From Lingula anatina (taxonomy: Eukaryota; Animalia; Brachiopoda), in assembly GCA_051362555.1 (NCBI GenBank), contig CM120642.1, positions 23,560,001-23,624,000 of the forward strand: a stretch of DNA of 64,000 bases, in the 5' to 3' direction. This document shows, in pieces, positions 39,120 through 53,399 of the stretch (the first letter of the stretch is position 1; each line of letters starts with the position of its first letter). The position numbers were made by a program, and so were the translations under genes. Below the pieces are notes generated by a model. It worked only from the letters and a program-made list of their open reading frames with translations, searched no databases and had not been told where the DNA came from.

Positions 39120-42100
39120 CATTACTCATACTGATTGTTACAGCATGACCCAGACATAATACTGTCATAGGATACCCGCTATGCATATTTCTTTAACAAG
39201 GCAGCAAAGCTGTCAACTGTGCAGACAAAGAACAGAAAATAAAGATGCAAATAAGTGAAAAATTAAATTTTCACAAAAAACTGTTAAATTGCCACAAAAA
39301 TTTACCAAACACACTGCGTTGCCTATTGAAGCTGTATGTTAGACCCATGTTTCTTTCCTGTAAGTTTGATAACAGTAAGTGACATGATTTCCCTTAAATG
39401 GTCATCATAGGAGCAGTGCCCAAAATAGGAGTTTCTTCAAATTTTGATGCAACATTACATAATGTTTAACAGCATAATGACAATCAAATGTTATTAATAA
39501 AATATTAGTAACATGGACATTCAGAAAATGTGACAAGCAAAAGTCTTCAAGATCATGGAACTTTAAAGTCACACCTTGAAAATGCCAATATGTGAAAAAT
39601 TAATTTTTCACAAAAAACTGTTTAACTGCCAAAAAAAAAAAAAAAAAAAACAAGGCAGCAAAGCTGTCAAATGTACAGACAAAGAACAGAAAATAAAGAT
39701 GCAAATAAGTGAAAAATTAAATTTTCACAAAAAACTATTAAATTGCCAGAAAAATTTACCAAACAGACTGTGTTGCCTATTGAAGCTGTTTTTTAGTCCC
39801 ATGTTTCTTTCCTATAAGTTTGAGAACAGTAAGTGACATGATTTCCCTTAAATGGTCATCATAGGAGCAGTGCCCAAAATAGGGGTTTCTTCAAATTTTG
39901 ATACAACATTAAATAATGTTTAACAGCATAATGACAATCAAATGTTATTAATAAAATATTAGTAACATGGACATTCAGAAAATGTGACAAGCAAAAGTTT
40001 TCAAGATCATGGAACTTTAAAGTCACACCTTGAAAATGCCAATATGTGAAAAATTAAATTTTCACAAAAAACTGTTTAACTGCCAAAACAAAAATACCAA
40101 ACAGACTGCATTGCCTACTGAAGCTGTATTTTAGTCCCATGTTTCTTTCCTGTAAGTTTGAGAACAGTAAGTAACATGATTTTCCTTAAATGATCATCAT
40201 GGAAGCAGTGCCCAAAATAGGGGTTTCTTCAAATTTTGATGCAATATTACATAATGTTTAACAGCTTAATGACCATCAATTTTTAATTATAAAATATTTG
40301 TATCACAGATATTCAGAAAATGTGACTAGCAAAGGTCTTCAGGCCCATGGAACTTCAAAGTCACGCCTTGAAAATGCCAAAATGTAAACAAGACAGCACT
40401 GTTCTGAAATGGGTTTATTTCCATTTTTAACACTTTTTTAACATAAAACAAAATAAACATTTTACTGCCATTTTTATATGACCAACTAAAAAAATTGATG
40501 AGATGGGAAAAGTATCAATAGAACAGTGTTAAATGTCCAATTTCCTCCATTCTGAGATTCTGAACATAGTGGATGATTGAATCTGACAAACTGCAATGAT
40601 ATGAGTTTATTTCCATTTTTGACACTAAAATATTACACAATACATGATAACAAGTTTACCATGTTTTTTACATAATCAACTAACAATGTTGTAAAGATGC
40701 AGGAAATATCAAACAAACACTTTTAGGCATCTTATTAGTTAAATAATGAGACTGTTAACATGCTTAAGAATTGAATCTGAGGAAATGTGAAAAAAACAGT
40801 ATAACTTCTAAAATAATGGCCCGATTATGCTGATTTTCAAACTCAACCTGCATTTTAGTAAGATTGACCACTCCTGTGAGTATAATTACAATTGGCCAAT
40901 CCGTTTTTCTTATATTGTGTTATCAGTGTTGCATTTATATTGAAACTAGTGAAAAAACAGCATAAATTCCCTCAAAATAGCCCAATCATGCTGATTTTCG
41001 AACTTGACCTGCGTATTATGAATATTCATCAGTTCTGTAAGTTTCAAGTCAAAAGGTAAAATGGTTTTCCACTTATCGTGTTATCGGTGCTGCATATATG
41101 CTGAAAAAAGTGAAAAAAAACAGCATAAATTACCTAAAAGTGACCCAATCATGCTGATTTTCGAACTTGACCTGCGTATTATGAATATTCATCAGTTCTA
41201 TAAGTTTCAAGTCAAAAGGTAAAATGGTTTTCCACTTATCGTGTTATCGGTGCTGCATATATGCTGAAAAAAGTGAAAAAACAGCATAAATTCACTAAAA
41301 GTGACCCGATCATGCTGATTTTCGAACTTGACCTGCGTATTATGAATATTCATCAGTTCTGTAAGTTTCAAGTCAAAAGGTAAAATGGTTTTCCACTTAT
41401 CGTGTTATCGGTGCTGCATATATGTTGAAAAAAGTGAAAAAACAGCATAAATTCCCTAAGAGTGACCCGATCATGCTGATTTTCGAACTTGACCTGTGTA
41501 TTATGAATATTCATCAGTTCTGTAAGTTTCAAATCAAAAGGAAAAACAGTTTTGCACTTATCGTGTTATCGGTAAAAGTGCACGGCGACGACGGCAACGA
41601 CGGCGACGACGGCGACGGCGACGACAGACGCAGATGATGGCTATATGTACAGACACATCTGTGTCTGTACATAAAAATAAATAAATAAATAAAAATACCA
41701 AACAGACTGCATTGCCTACTGAAGCTGTATTTTAGTCCCATGTTTCTTTCCTGTAAGTTTGAGAACAGTAAGTGACATGATTTTCCTTAAATGGTCATCA
41801 TGGAAGCAGTGCCCAAAATAGGGGTTTCTTCAAATTTTGATGCAATATTACATAATGTTTAACAGCTTAATGACCATCAATTTTTAATTATAAAATATTT
41901 GTTTCACAGATATTCAGAAAATGTGACTAGCAAAGGTCTTCAGGCCCATGGAACTTCAAAGTCACGCCTTGAAAATGCCAAAATGTAAACAAGACAGCAC
42001 TGTTCTGAAATGGGTTTATTTCCATTTTTAACACTTTTTTAACATAAAACAAAATAAACATTTTACTGCCATTTTATATGACCAACTAAGAAAATTGATG

Positions 42101-43869
42101 AGATGGGAAAAGTATCAATAGAACAGTGTTAAATGTCCAATTTCCTCCATCCTGAGATTCTGAACATAGTGGATGATTGAATCTGACAAACTGCAATGAT
42201 ATGAGTTTATTTCCATTTTTGACACTTTATTACACAATACATGATAACAAATTTACCATGTTTTTTACATGATCAACTAACAATGTTGTAAAGATGCAGG
42301 AAATATCAAACAAACACTTTTAGGCATCTTATTAGTTAAATAATGAGACTGTTAACATGCCTAATAATTGAATCTGAGGAAATGTGAAAAACAGTATAAC
42401 TTCTAAAATAATGGCCCGATTATGCTAATTTTCGAACTCAACCTGCGTTTTAGTAAGATTGACCACCCCTGTGAGTATAATTACAATTGGCCAATCCGTT
42501 TTTCTTATATTGTGTTATCAGTGTTGTATTTATATTGAAAATAGTGAAAAAACAGCATAAATTCCCTAAAAATGGCCCAATCATGCTTATTTTCGAACTT
42601 GACCTGCGTATTATGAATATTCATCAGTTCTGTAAGTTTCAAGTCAAAAGGTAAAATGGTTTTCCACTTATCGTGTTATCGGTGCTGCATATATGCTGAA
42701 AAAAGTGAAAAAACAGCATAAATTCCCTAAAAGTGACCCGATCATGCTGATTTTCGAACTTGACCTGCGTATTATGAATATTCATCAGTTCTGTAAGTTT
42801 CAAGTCAAAAGGTAAAATGGTTTTCCACTTATCGTGTTATCGGTGCTGCATATATGCTGAAAAAAGTGAAAAAACAGCATAAATTCCCTAAAAGTGACCC
42901 GATCATGCTGATTTTCGAACTTGACCTGCGTATTATGAATATTCATCAGTTCTGCAAGTTTCAAGTCAAAAGGTAAAATGGTTTTCCACTTATCGTGTTA
43001 TCGGTAAAAGTGCACGGCGACGACGGCGACGACAGACGCAGATGATGGCTATATGTACAGACACATCTGTGTCTGTACATAAAAATGGGAACAAAATGTA
43101 AATAGCAACAAGTTTACTGTATTATCATATTGCTGATAAATTTATATTTCAATGCCTGAAATATCTGTTAGCTTGTCAGGTAAGTTCTAATAATGTATAT
43201 TGATAATATTGATTTAAAGATCATGTATTCCCACAATGTCATTCCAATATCTTGCCCAATTTTATATCCTTAATATAAATTTATATGTACATGTATTAAA
43301 ATAGGTAAATAAATTCTTGTACATTTGCTTTCCAGATTCAGAAAACTAAAGGGGAGACCCAGGAGACCTAAGTGTTGGACACAAGACATGTATCAAATGT
43401 ATTTTTATGTACAAACACAGATGTAATAAGAGTCAAAAATGGAAAAAAAACCCCATCATTTCAGTTTGTCAGATTTAATCAGTCACTGTGTTCAGTCACA
43501 GAATGAAGCAAATTGGACATTGAAAATTGAATTTTACCCATCTCAACAATTACCTTAGTTGATCATAAAAATGACATTAAATTGACTATTTTATTTTTTG
43601 TAAAAAAAGCTGAACATGGAAAGAAACTCATTTCAGTACAGCTGTCTATTGTGTTCAAATTGTTATTTTCAAGGTGTGACGTTTTGAAGTTTTATGTTAC
43701 CTGCACTGCATAATTATAGAGTGGGGGTATTTATACCGTTTAGTGTTATGTAATATTATTAGATGGGTAAAAGAAAATGCCCACTCTTAAAGTCCAACTT
43801 TTTTATGCAAAACAAAAGGACATTTTAGTCAGACAGAAAATTTTTGCTTTGTGTATGTCTGTTCTTTGC

Positions 43870-44560
43870 ATTAGAGTTACATTTGCTGCAATGTTACTTT
43901 TTAGTTAGCATTGTGTTATTTAGTTGCATTTAAGTTAAAAAAATTGAAAAGTCTTTGTTGTTATGTTTTCATTTTACAAGTCTGAATGTATTTTACTTTT
44001 TACTATGCCAGGGGTGCTGAACAGGTAGTGTTCCATAGTTTTGCTTTACAGATCTAATGCAAACTATAGTTCAGTTTTTTAGTTCAAATGTTGTTCATTC
44101 TCCTTTTTTTGATATAGGTACATTTACCTTTGGTGCAATGTAACTCATTAGTTAGCATTGTTTAATTTAATTACTTTGAAGTTGAAAATATTGAATAGTC
44201 ACTGTTAACCTTTTCATTTTACAAGTCTGAATGTATTGCACATTTTACTATGCCAGGGGTGCTGAACAGGTAGTGTGCCACAGTTTTGCTTTTGCAGATC
44301 CAATGCAAACTAGTATTATAGTTTTTTTAGTTCAAATGTTGTTTTATCTACTTGTATCTGATTAGAAACCATTCACAACAGATGGTAAGCTTTTTTTTTC
44401 TTAGGTACAGTTACATTTGGTGCAAATGTAACTTACTAGTTAGAATTGTTTAATTAGTTACTTTGAAGTTTAAGATATTGATAAGTCGCTGTTAATGTTT
44501 TCATTTTAAAAGTCTGAATGTAGTTCAGTTTTTACTATGCCGGGGTGCTGAACAAGTAAA
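43870..44560. repeat. Three diverged ~250-290 bp tandem units
   Basis: tttcattttacaagtctgaatgta..tttactatgccaggggtgctgaaca recurs at about 43967, 44213 and 44500. Confidence 0.75.
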
Positions 44561-45179
44561 GTGAACAGAACACGGTTTGATTTTAAACTTGATTAATATC
44601 TGTTATGTCCAGATTGTGAAACAAGGCAGCAAAGCTGTCAAATGTACAGACAAAAAACAGAAAATAAAGATGCAAAAAAGGTCATTTTGTCAATTTTGAT
44701 GCAATAATAAATAATGCTTATAATAGCACTGTCAGTCAACACTGAATTTTAATCTTGTACAACGGGTAACATGGTCAATAACAGGAGCAGACCCAGAGAT
44801 ATTTTCTGACAGTATTCCAAAGAATCTATGTTGATCCATCCTCCATTTTGATGGTCTTCCAACAGAAAAAAATAGATACCAGTCAATATAAACTTAATAA
44901 CCTGACTGTCTTCCGGAAGACCCAGAAGATGGTCTCAATCCACCCCTTCAATAAGATTACAGTTTCAGGACCATGAGAGTTCAAATTCACATTATGAAAG
45001 TCTCAATATTTGAAAAATGATGACAGTGCATAAAATAATATTACATAATGTTTAAAGACATAAAAAACAATACAACTGCTTATGTAGAAATACAGAAAAT
45101 GTGCAGAGCCCCAGGCAGATGAGAGTTAAAAGTCACAAATGCAAGTGTTTGAGAAAAAATTATAAAGGAAAACAACAAA

Positions 45180-45414
45180 ACTAGAAAAGCACTTTGAGAG
45201 TGCAGACCTCTGCCAAGGCAGCAATTGTTGATTATTATTGATAATTGATTGATTATTGATCCAGACCACCACCAAAAATTAATCATTGTCCTCTTTGGCC
45301 CACTTCCGACAGTTCCTGAAAATTTCTGCAAAATTGGTCCATAACTTTTTGTGTTATGTGGATGACAGACAAACAGGGGTGAAAATATAACCCCCTTCGC
45401 AGAGCTTGAGGTAA
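45180..45414. mobile_element. Short HINE/DINE-like element
   Basis: actagaaaagcac..gacctctgccaagg..gatccagaccaccaccaaaaattaat..cagacaaac..aaaatataaccccc..gaggtaa architecture. Confidence 0.65.
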
Positions 45415-45460
45415 ATATAATTCCAATGAAGATGCTATTCAAACTTTTAATCTTCCAGTT

Positions 45461-45512
<52 letters not shown>

Positions 45513-48134
45513 CTTATTTGCAATATTAAACAAAATTTACCTGCATAATTATCACTGCTTCCTTATTATTAATCTAGCAGAGAGCTTTACCTTTGGGAGT
45601 TTACAGGGAAATATCAACAAGTGTGCTTTACGTAATCTCATTTAATGGCCTATTAAAGCAAATGACTTTATAACTCTGAAATTAATCTAGTGATACCCAA
45701 GGGTAATTTACAGACTGACCCACTCAAAGGTCTTCAGGCCCATAAGTCACACCTTAAGAAAAGCACAAAACCATAATGCCCAAAATAGGAGACTACCAAT
45801 CCTGAAGCAATAATACATTATGTTTAACTGCACAGTCAACATCAACTTATGCACAACAGGTAACACAGACGAAAGTAAAAGCATAATGCTCCAGGCCCAT
45901 CAGAGTTCAAGTTTATACTTAGAAAGTGCCAGAATGAGAAAAATGAAAATTTCACAAAAAATGCATAAATACAATAAACATGATAATCCAGTAGAGCTGG
46001 TTTTCTCATGAGCTGAAGGCCAATCCTAAAAATCGTACTTGTAAGTTTAAAATTATAATAAGTAGCACAGTTTTCTTTTCATAATGTTTGCAGTAGCAGT
46101 GCAAAAAGATTGTTGTCAATTTTGATGTAACATTACATAATAAATTAGAGAATAATTACCACCAATTTTTGTTTATTGACTATAAATAGGATGGACATGT
46201 AGAAAATATGATTACCATTTGGCTTCATGTCCATGGGAGCTCCGAGTCCCACAATGAATATGCCAAAAAGATAATGAATATTACACTAAAATGTATAACT
46301 TCCAGAAAAAGAAGCCAATTAGACTGCTTTTCTAACTCAGGCTGCATTTTAGTCCTGTGTTTCTTTTTTGAAAGTTTGACAGTCATAAGTAACACGGTTT
46401 TCCCATAATGGTCATCAAGGCAGCAGCACCAAAAATTGTGTTTTCTTCTATTTTGATGCAACATTACATAATGCTTAACAGCATACTGACCATCGATTTT
46501 TAATAATAAAATATAAGTGTCATGGATTTTCACAAAATGTGACTAGCATGGGTCTTCAAGCCCGTGGAGGTTCTAAGTCACACCTTGGAAATGCCAATAT
46601 GTGAAAAATTAAATTTTCACAAAAAACTGTTTAATTGCCAGAAAAATTTACCAAACAGACTGCATTGCCTACTGAAGCTGTATTTTAGTCCCATGTTTCT
46701 TTCCTGTAATTTTGAGAACAGTAAGTGACATGATTTTCCTTAAATGGTCATCATGGGAGCACTGCCCAAAATAGGGGTTTCTTCAAATTTTGATGCAATA
46801 TTACATAATGTTTTACAGCATAATGACCATCAATTTTTAATTATAAAATATTAGTATCATGGTTATTCAGAAAATGTAACTAGCAAAAGTCTTCAGGCCC
46901 ATGGAACTTCAAAGTCACATATTGAAAATGCCAAAATGTAAACAAGACAGCACTGTTCTGAAATGGGTTTATTTCCATTTTTAACACTTTTTTAACATAA
47001 AACAAAATAAACAGTTTACTGCCATTTTTATATGACCAATGAAGAAAATTGATGAGATGGGAAAAGTATCAATAGAACAGTGTTAAATGTCCAACTTCCT
47101 CCATTCTGAGATTCTGAACATAGTGGATGAATGCATCTGACAAACTGCAATGATATGAGTTTATTTCCATTTTTGACACTTTATTACACAATACATGATA
47201 ACAAGTTAACCATCATTTTTACAAAATCATTTAACAATGTTGTAAAGATGCAGGAAATGTCAAACAAACACTTTTACGTATCTTATTAGTTCAATAATGA
47301 GACTGTTAACATGCCTAAGAATTGAATGTGAGGAAATGTGAAAAAACAGCATAACTTCTAAAATAATGGACTGATTATGCTGATTTTCAAACTCAACCTG
47401 CGTTTTAGTAAGATTGGCCCCTCCTGTGAGTATAATGACAATTGGCCAATCTGTTTTTCTTATATTGTGTTATCAGTGTTGCATATATACTGAAAAAAGT
47501 GAAAAAAACAGCATAAATTCCCTATATGTGACCCGATCGTGCTGATTTTCGAACTTGACCTGCGTATTAAGTATATTCATCAGTTCTGAAAGTTTCAAGT
47601 CAAAAGGTAAAATGGTTTTCCACTTATCGTGTTATCGGTGCTGCATATATGCTGAAAAAAGTGAAAAAACAGCATAAATTCCCTATAAGTGACCCGATCA
47701 TGCTGATTTTCGAACTTGACCTGCGTATGATGAATATTCATCAGTTCTGCAAGTTTCAAGTCAAAAGGTAAAATGGTTTTCCACTTATCGTGTTATCGGT
47801 GCTGCATATATGCTGAAAAAAGTGAAAAAACAGCATAAATTCCCTAAAAGTGACCTGATCATGCTGATTTTCGAACTTGACCTGCGTATTATGAATATTC
47901 ATCAGTTCTGCAAGTTTCAAGTCAAAAGGTAAAATGGTTTTCCACTTATCGTGTTATCGGTAAAAGTGCACGGCGACGGCGACGACGGCGACGACAGCGA
48001 CGACGGCGACGACAGACGCAGATGATGGCTATATGTACAGACACATCTGTGTCTGTACATAAAAAAGAATTATCTTGTCAAATAAAATTGCTTACAAGTA
48101 TGGAGCATTTTCAGCCTTGTTAGTGCCACAAGTG

Positions 48135-48797
48135 TCAGTGCTGGCAGTACACGTGGTTTTAGTCCAGATCTGCAGGCTTGCGTTGGATACAAATCGCCAA
48201 TAGGGATCTAAAAGGTTTTTAAAGAGTTTTTACCCATCTGCTGTGTCTTATTTTAACAATAAAAATGGAAATTTATAATTTATTTATTTATAATTTGTAA
48301 CCCGGATAGCAGTCCAATTTCCGTTTTATATGAATTTTATATTTATATATTAATGGCTGAATAAACTCTTATCTTATCTTATCAATAATTTGGATTTCAG
48401 TCACATAATCTCAACATGAGCCCTGTTTTTTGTTTGTTGGTTTTTTAAGTTTTTTTTTTTTGTCTCAATGCATTTGCCTGTGTGATGCGCTCATCGCAAT
48501 GCACCTAATTCGCACATATGGGGTCAAATTTAACAGGTTACCTTCACATGACCTGGTAAGTGCCCATTGCCTTCAAGTTCAAAGGTCAATTTCCCTATAT
48601 TTGTCATTTTTGCCAATGTCTTACCTCCATATACCTGCTATTATACAAATATATTGCCTTAGAATAGTTAAACATAAGTCAAAATTTAGTCAAGGGGTCA
48701 TTAGGCCAATAAACCATTACACAATATCTTTTACATTTCCACACCTATTTTGCAGGGGAATCCTTCGCCACTGGCTTTAGCCAGTTGCAGTCTAGTT
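48135..48797. mobile_element. Degenerate HINE in the opposite orientation to the 21-23 kb copy
   Basis: gctggcagtacacgtggttttagtcc resembles the reverse complement of 23077-23101. The element ends in CTAGTT. Confidence 0.5.
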
Positions 48798-48844
48798 TAA
48801 TTATTATTATTTATTTATTTATTTTTTTTTTTTTTGTATCCACC

Positions 48845-49560
48845 TAAAACAGCTTCAAGAAGGAAATCCCCCATTTGGTGACCACCAACTGCACGGCACA
48901 CCAGCTACAATTGGTTACTGTAAATGCTGCAAATAGTGTTCCTTACATACAGAAGTATATTGGGATTTTGAACACCTTTGCAAAAGCTCTCAAGTTTTCT
49001 CCCAAGTTAAAACGGGCACTAGAGACAAGCAAGGAACTTCATGAAGAGAAGGCCAGAAAGATAAACCAGGTGTTTTTTTACCCCCTGGTAATCCTTTACT
49101 GATAGTGTTCAGGCACTCACTGGGTGCATAGGGGCTGTGCTCTCTGCTCTGAGCACAGTTTCCATGGAAAGGGTCGGTGAAGGGCGTGCCCTATTGCAAG
49201 GAGTGCTAACACAGATGGCCACAGTGAGATTTGTAAGAATGACTCATTTCCTGGCTGATGTGATTGGTATTATTGGAGTCCTGTCTCTTTTAATGCAAAA
49301 AGAGAGTGTTACATATGGTCAGCTCAGGCCCCAACTGGATGCAGCAGTTGTAGCTGTCCAGTCGTTACATACAGCTCCAGGACCATACAGTAAACAGATA
49401 GAGGAAATTATCCCAAAAGAGGCATCAGAGTTTGTGTTGTATAAGACACACGAATTAAAGGATTCTCCTAAACACAGAGATGCCTTCCAGAAAGATAGCT
49501 CAACTCTCCTTGATGAAGTGGTCACCCGATTGACCAGTGCATTTCCCAAGAGAGGCATTT
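48845..49560 (+). mobile_element. hAT (ZNF862-like) transposase, middle fragment
   Basis: NCTAHQLQL (CxxH), FSPKLKRAL, a degenerate TRW region and HFLADVIG..LSLLMQ. Confidence 0.8.
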
Positions 49561-49786
49561 TGAGATGTACTCCAGAGCTAAAATAATAATCAACTGTGAG
49601 GAAGATGAAACCACAATCACAGTTGATGCCATAAACAAAAAAGGTTTACTATGATGTTAAGCCAGGTTTTACTAGACCACTGGTCCAATACTAAAACCTC
49701 CTTTATGAAATGCAGGCAATCCCAAAACCTGGTGTAAACTCACTTTAGACCAGGTTTAACTTTAAACCTCCTTTAAGAAATCGGCC

Positions 49787-51443
49787 GTTGGAGTTTTAGA
49801 TTCAATCCGACAGTATCCAAATGTGATGAAAAAGGCTTTCGTATATAAGCCCGAGGTGCTCACAGCATGTTTAGTAAAAAGTCTATTTGACATCAAGTGG
49901 TCACCAGAAGGCACCAACAAAAGAAATGCAGAAGAGCAAACCCTGTCATTCATGCAGGATTTGCTACTGGATTTAGAAGGTGGGTTTCAATAAATAAAAA
50001 TTAAATGCAATCTGACAATATCCAAATGTGCTGAGAAAGGCTTTCGAATATGAGCCCGAGGTGCTCACAGCATTGTTAGTGGAAAGTCTATTTCACATCA
50101 AGTGGTCACCAGAAGGCACCAAGAAAAGAAATGCAGAAGAGCAAACCCTGTCATTCATGCGGGATTTGCTACTGGATTTAGAAGGTTGGTTTCAACTGAT
50201 TAAAATTAAATGCAATCCGACAGTATCCAAATGTGCTGAGAAAGGCTTTCGTATATGAGCCTGAGGTGCTCACAGCATGTTTAGTAGAAAGTCTATTTGA
50301 CATCAAGTGGTCACCAGAAGGCACCAAGAAAAGAAATGCAGAAGAGCAAACCCTGTCATTCATGCGGGATTTGCTACTGGATTTAGAAGGTTGGTTTCAA
50401 CTGATTAAAATTAAATGCAATCTGACAATATCCAAATGTGCTGAGAAAGGCTTTCGAATATGAGCCCGAGGTGCTCACAGCATCATTAGTAGAAAGTCTA
50501 TTTGACATCAAGTGGTCACCAGAAGGCACCAAGAAAAGAAATGCAGAAGAGCAAACCCTGTCATTCATGCGGGATTTGCTACTGGATTTAGAAGGTTGGT
50601 TTCAACTGATTAAAATTAAATGCAATCCGACAGTATCCAAATGTGCTGAGAAAGGCTTTCGAATATGAGCCCGAGGTGCTCACAGCATGTTTAGTAGAAA
50701 GTCTATTTGACATCAAGTGGTCACCAGAAGGCACCAAGAAAAGAAATGCAGAAGAGCAAACCCTGTCATTCATGCGGGATTTGCTACTGGATTTAGAAGG
50801 TTGGTTTCAACTGATTAAAATTAAATGCAATCCGACAGTATCCAAATGTGCTGAGAAAGGCTTTCGTATATGAGCCCGAGGTGCTCACAGCATGTTTAGT
50901 AGAAAGTCTATTTGACATCAAGTGGTCACCAGAAGGCACCAAGAAAAGAAATGCAGAAGAGCAAACCCTGTCATTCATGCGGGATTTGCTACTGGATTTA
51001 GAAGGTTGGTTTCAACTGATTAAAATTAAATGCAATCCGACAGTATCCAAATGTGCTGAGAAAGGCTTTCGTATATGAGCCCGAGGTGCTCACAGCATGT
51101 TTAGTAGAAAGTCTATTTGACATCAAGTGGTCACCAGAAGGCACCAAGAAAAGAAATGCAGAAGAGCAAACCCTGTCATTCATGCGGGATTTGCTACTGG
51201 ATTTAGAAGGTTGGTTTCAACTGATTAAAATTAAATGCAATCCGACAGTATCCAAATGTGCTGAGAAGGCTTTCGTATATGAGCCTGAGGTGCTCACAGC
51301 ATCGTTAGTAGAAAGTCTATTTGACATCAAGTGGTCACCAGAAGGCACCAAGAAAAGAAATGCAGAAGAGCAAACCCTGTCATTCATGCGGGATTTGCTA
51401 CTGAATTTCGAAGGTTGGTTTCAATAAATTAAAATTAAATGCA
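49787..51443 (+). repeat. Eight ~205 bp tandem copies of a HECT (G2E3-like) E3 ligase exon fragment with its splice donor
   Basis: Period of 205 bp (tatccaaatgtg at 49814, 50019 ... 51249). It encodes KAFVYEPEVLTA.LVESLFDIKWSPEGT.KRNAEEQTLSFMRDLLLDLE. The parent exon is at 57939. Confidence 0.9.
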
Positions 51444-51665
51444 TTTGGAGATAGTTGGGGAAATGTGGGGTATCTGGAACAAGAGTATTAAGTTTTGGAT
51501 GATGAGAAGGATAACTAGCAGAACTGACTCAGTGTAGGCCCGGCTGTTTTAAACATGTTGTGCTATGGACTTGGTTCCAGAACCAAATCATGCGTAAAGG
51601 CACTACAATTAGTAAGAATCTGAAGTTCATTCATTAACAGATGTCCATGGTAGTAGTTTGTGGCT

Positions 51666-52251
51666 AATAGAGAGTTTTGGCAAGGCCTTCCGTACGACGT
51701 ATAACGTGCGACGTCATCACTTTGTGCGTAGTTTTTCTCAAGGACAAGTCATAAGTCATACGACACTACGTATGAATCGGTGATTACACGTAGGTAAGAA
51801 ACGTATCGAATTTAATAGATTTACGCTTATTTCTTTCAAGTTTAACACACTGCAGAGGAATATATAGGGTGTTAAGATTCCACTGAATCACTTTTAGACG
51901 CTGTCGGTAGAAATACCCTGTGAAAACAGCTGGAAAAACCGCCAGTCAATCAGTCGTCCGTAGTAGTATCAAATTCAATTTAAGTTGATTTTTTCATAAA
52001 CAACAGGATCTGCGGCATCAATTGACGTAAATAACACATTCCATTCAACATCTTAATTATTCATCTATCTAAAAAGAATCCAAATATTATAATATTTATA
52101 TATAATATAAATAAAAATAATATTAAAAAAAAAACGCATACGGAGTGAGACCTGCCAAAACCACTGCTAGCTTTCTTGCATACGTAAAACGTATTACGTA
52201 TTGAACTATACGTTACACGTCATACGGAAGGCCTTGCCAAAACTCTCTATT
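51666..52251. mobile_element. Young MITE with near-perfect TIRs (PIF/Harbinger- or ISL2EU-like)
   Basis: aatagagagttttggcaaggccttccgta / tacggaaggccttgccaaaactctctatt. Confidence 0.88.
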
Positions 52252-52552
52252 GTATCTCATCTGTTGAGAGGTTCTGCACAGCATCAGCAATGAAACAAGC
52301 TGCAGTTTTGACAAATTTTTATCTGTATACGTTGATCACAATGGACATTGCATAGGAAGTGTGCAGTAACATTTATTTTGGTAATGTGTGAATAGTTATA
52401 AACAAATACCCCGTTTACACTGCAGTCATTTACAAGAACTTTTCAGCTTCAACTGGCTAATTGTCACTACATTAATTTGCAGTATTACTAATACATTGGG
52501 CATGCATAAAGCTTATTTATTGAATATTAAGTACTCCTTTCCTTTTATCCAG

Positions 52553-53061
52553 AAACACAACATCAACAAGGACGACTAAAGCTGCAGAGTACAAATTAAA
52601 AACCTAAAACAAAAATACAGAAAACATAAATACGCACTTAGGAAGAGTGGTGCGGGAGTGATGGGGGAAGAGTACTTCCCCTATTTTGAGGCCCTTGATG
52701 TGGTCCTGGGATGCCGGGCTTCATCAGAGCCTCTTGTCCTCTTGGACATGTCCTGCCATTGTAAGTGATCTCTTGAATTCCACTTATTGATTGCAATCAT
52801 GTTATTATTATTATTATTGTGTATTATTTATATATAAATAATTTTATCCTAAAGTTTTACTGTTCATTAATAAGAATAAAATGTTTTGTTTAAAAAAAGT
52901 GAAATTAGAACAAAAAACTTCTTTAAAGAAATAATTATTTTCTAGCTAAGGAAAGTGATGAAGAAATTGACAGTGAGAGCCAGGAAAGCCAGCAGAGTCT
53001 GATGAGGAAACCCCAAGAGATGAAGATAAAAAGCCTAAAGTGAAAAAACCATTCAAGAATA
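52553..53061 (+). pseudogene. Myb/SANT-like (trihelix) exons, as in the Harbinger accessory protein
   Basis: CRVQIKNLKQKYRKHK..RKSGAG..FPYFEALDVVLGCR with AG/GT borders and an internal stop. An acidic exon follows at about 52945. Confidence 0.7.
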
Positions 53062-53399
53062 GTAAGCAGCCTTTTATTCTCCCAATATTGAGAAGGGGGT
53101 GAAATTGTTTTGTTTCAAGTGACATTTCATGCTATGATCAAAACAAAGCAATACAAAACCAACTTCAGTGTCCTTCATATTATTTGTCCACATGTCAGCA
53201 ACAGTACGAAGGAGTAATGATACTTTAAATTGTAAATTTTTAGACATTATTTCAACACTAAAATGAAACCTTGGATAATAAGGTAATAATTTTTTTAATG
53301 TTTCTAAAAACCCCCACCTTGTCTTATATTTTTGCAGCTGCAAACAAGAAAAGAAAGGAGTAAGAGGCAACTGACCCAACAAAAACCCTGTTTACATAT

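Larger units (their letters stand above)
39197..48066. repeat. Satellite-like block with three HINE-type elements (about 40387-41676, 41989-43085, 46942-48066) containing ~140 bp tandem units, plus ~0.4 kb flanking repeats
   Basis: ACAAG starts, repeated catgctgattttcgaacttgacctgcgtattatg units, a (GGCGAC/GAC)n microsatellite and an identical terminal palindrome tatgtacagacacatctgtgtctgtacata followed by an A-run. Confidence 0.85.

Noticed and set aside
49787-51443. CRISPR-like array or repeat-protein gene
   Set aside because: There are no unique spacers and no cas genes, the context is eukaryotic, and the 205-bp period breaks the reading frame.
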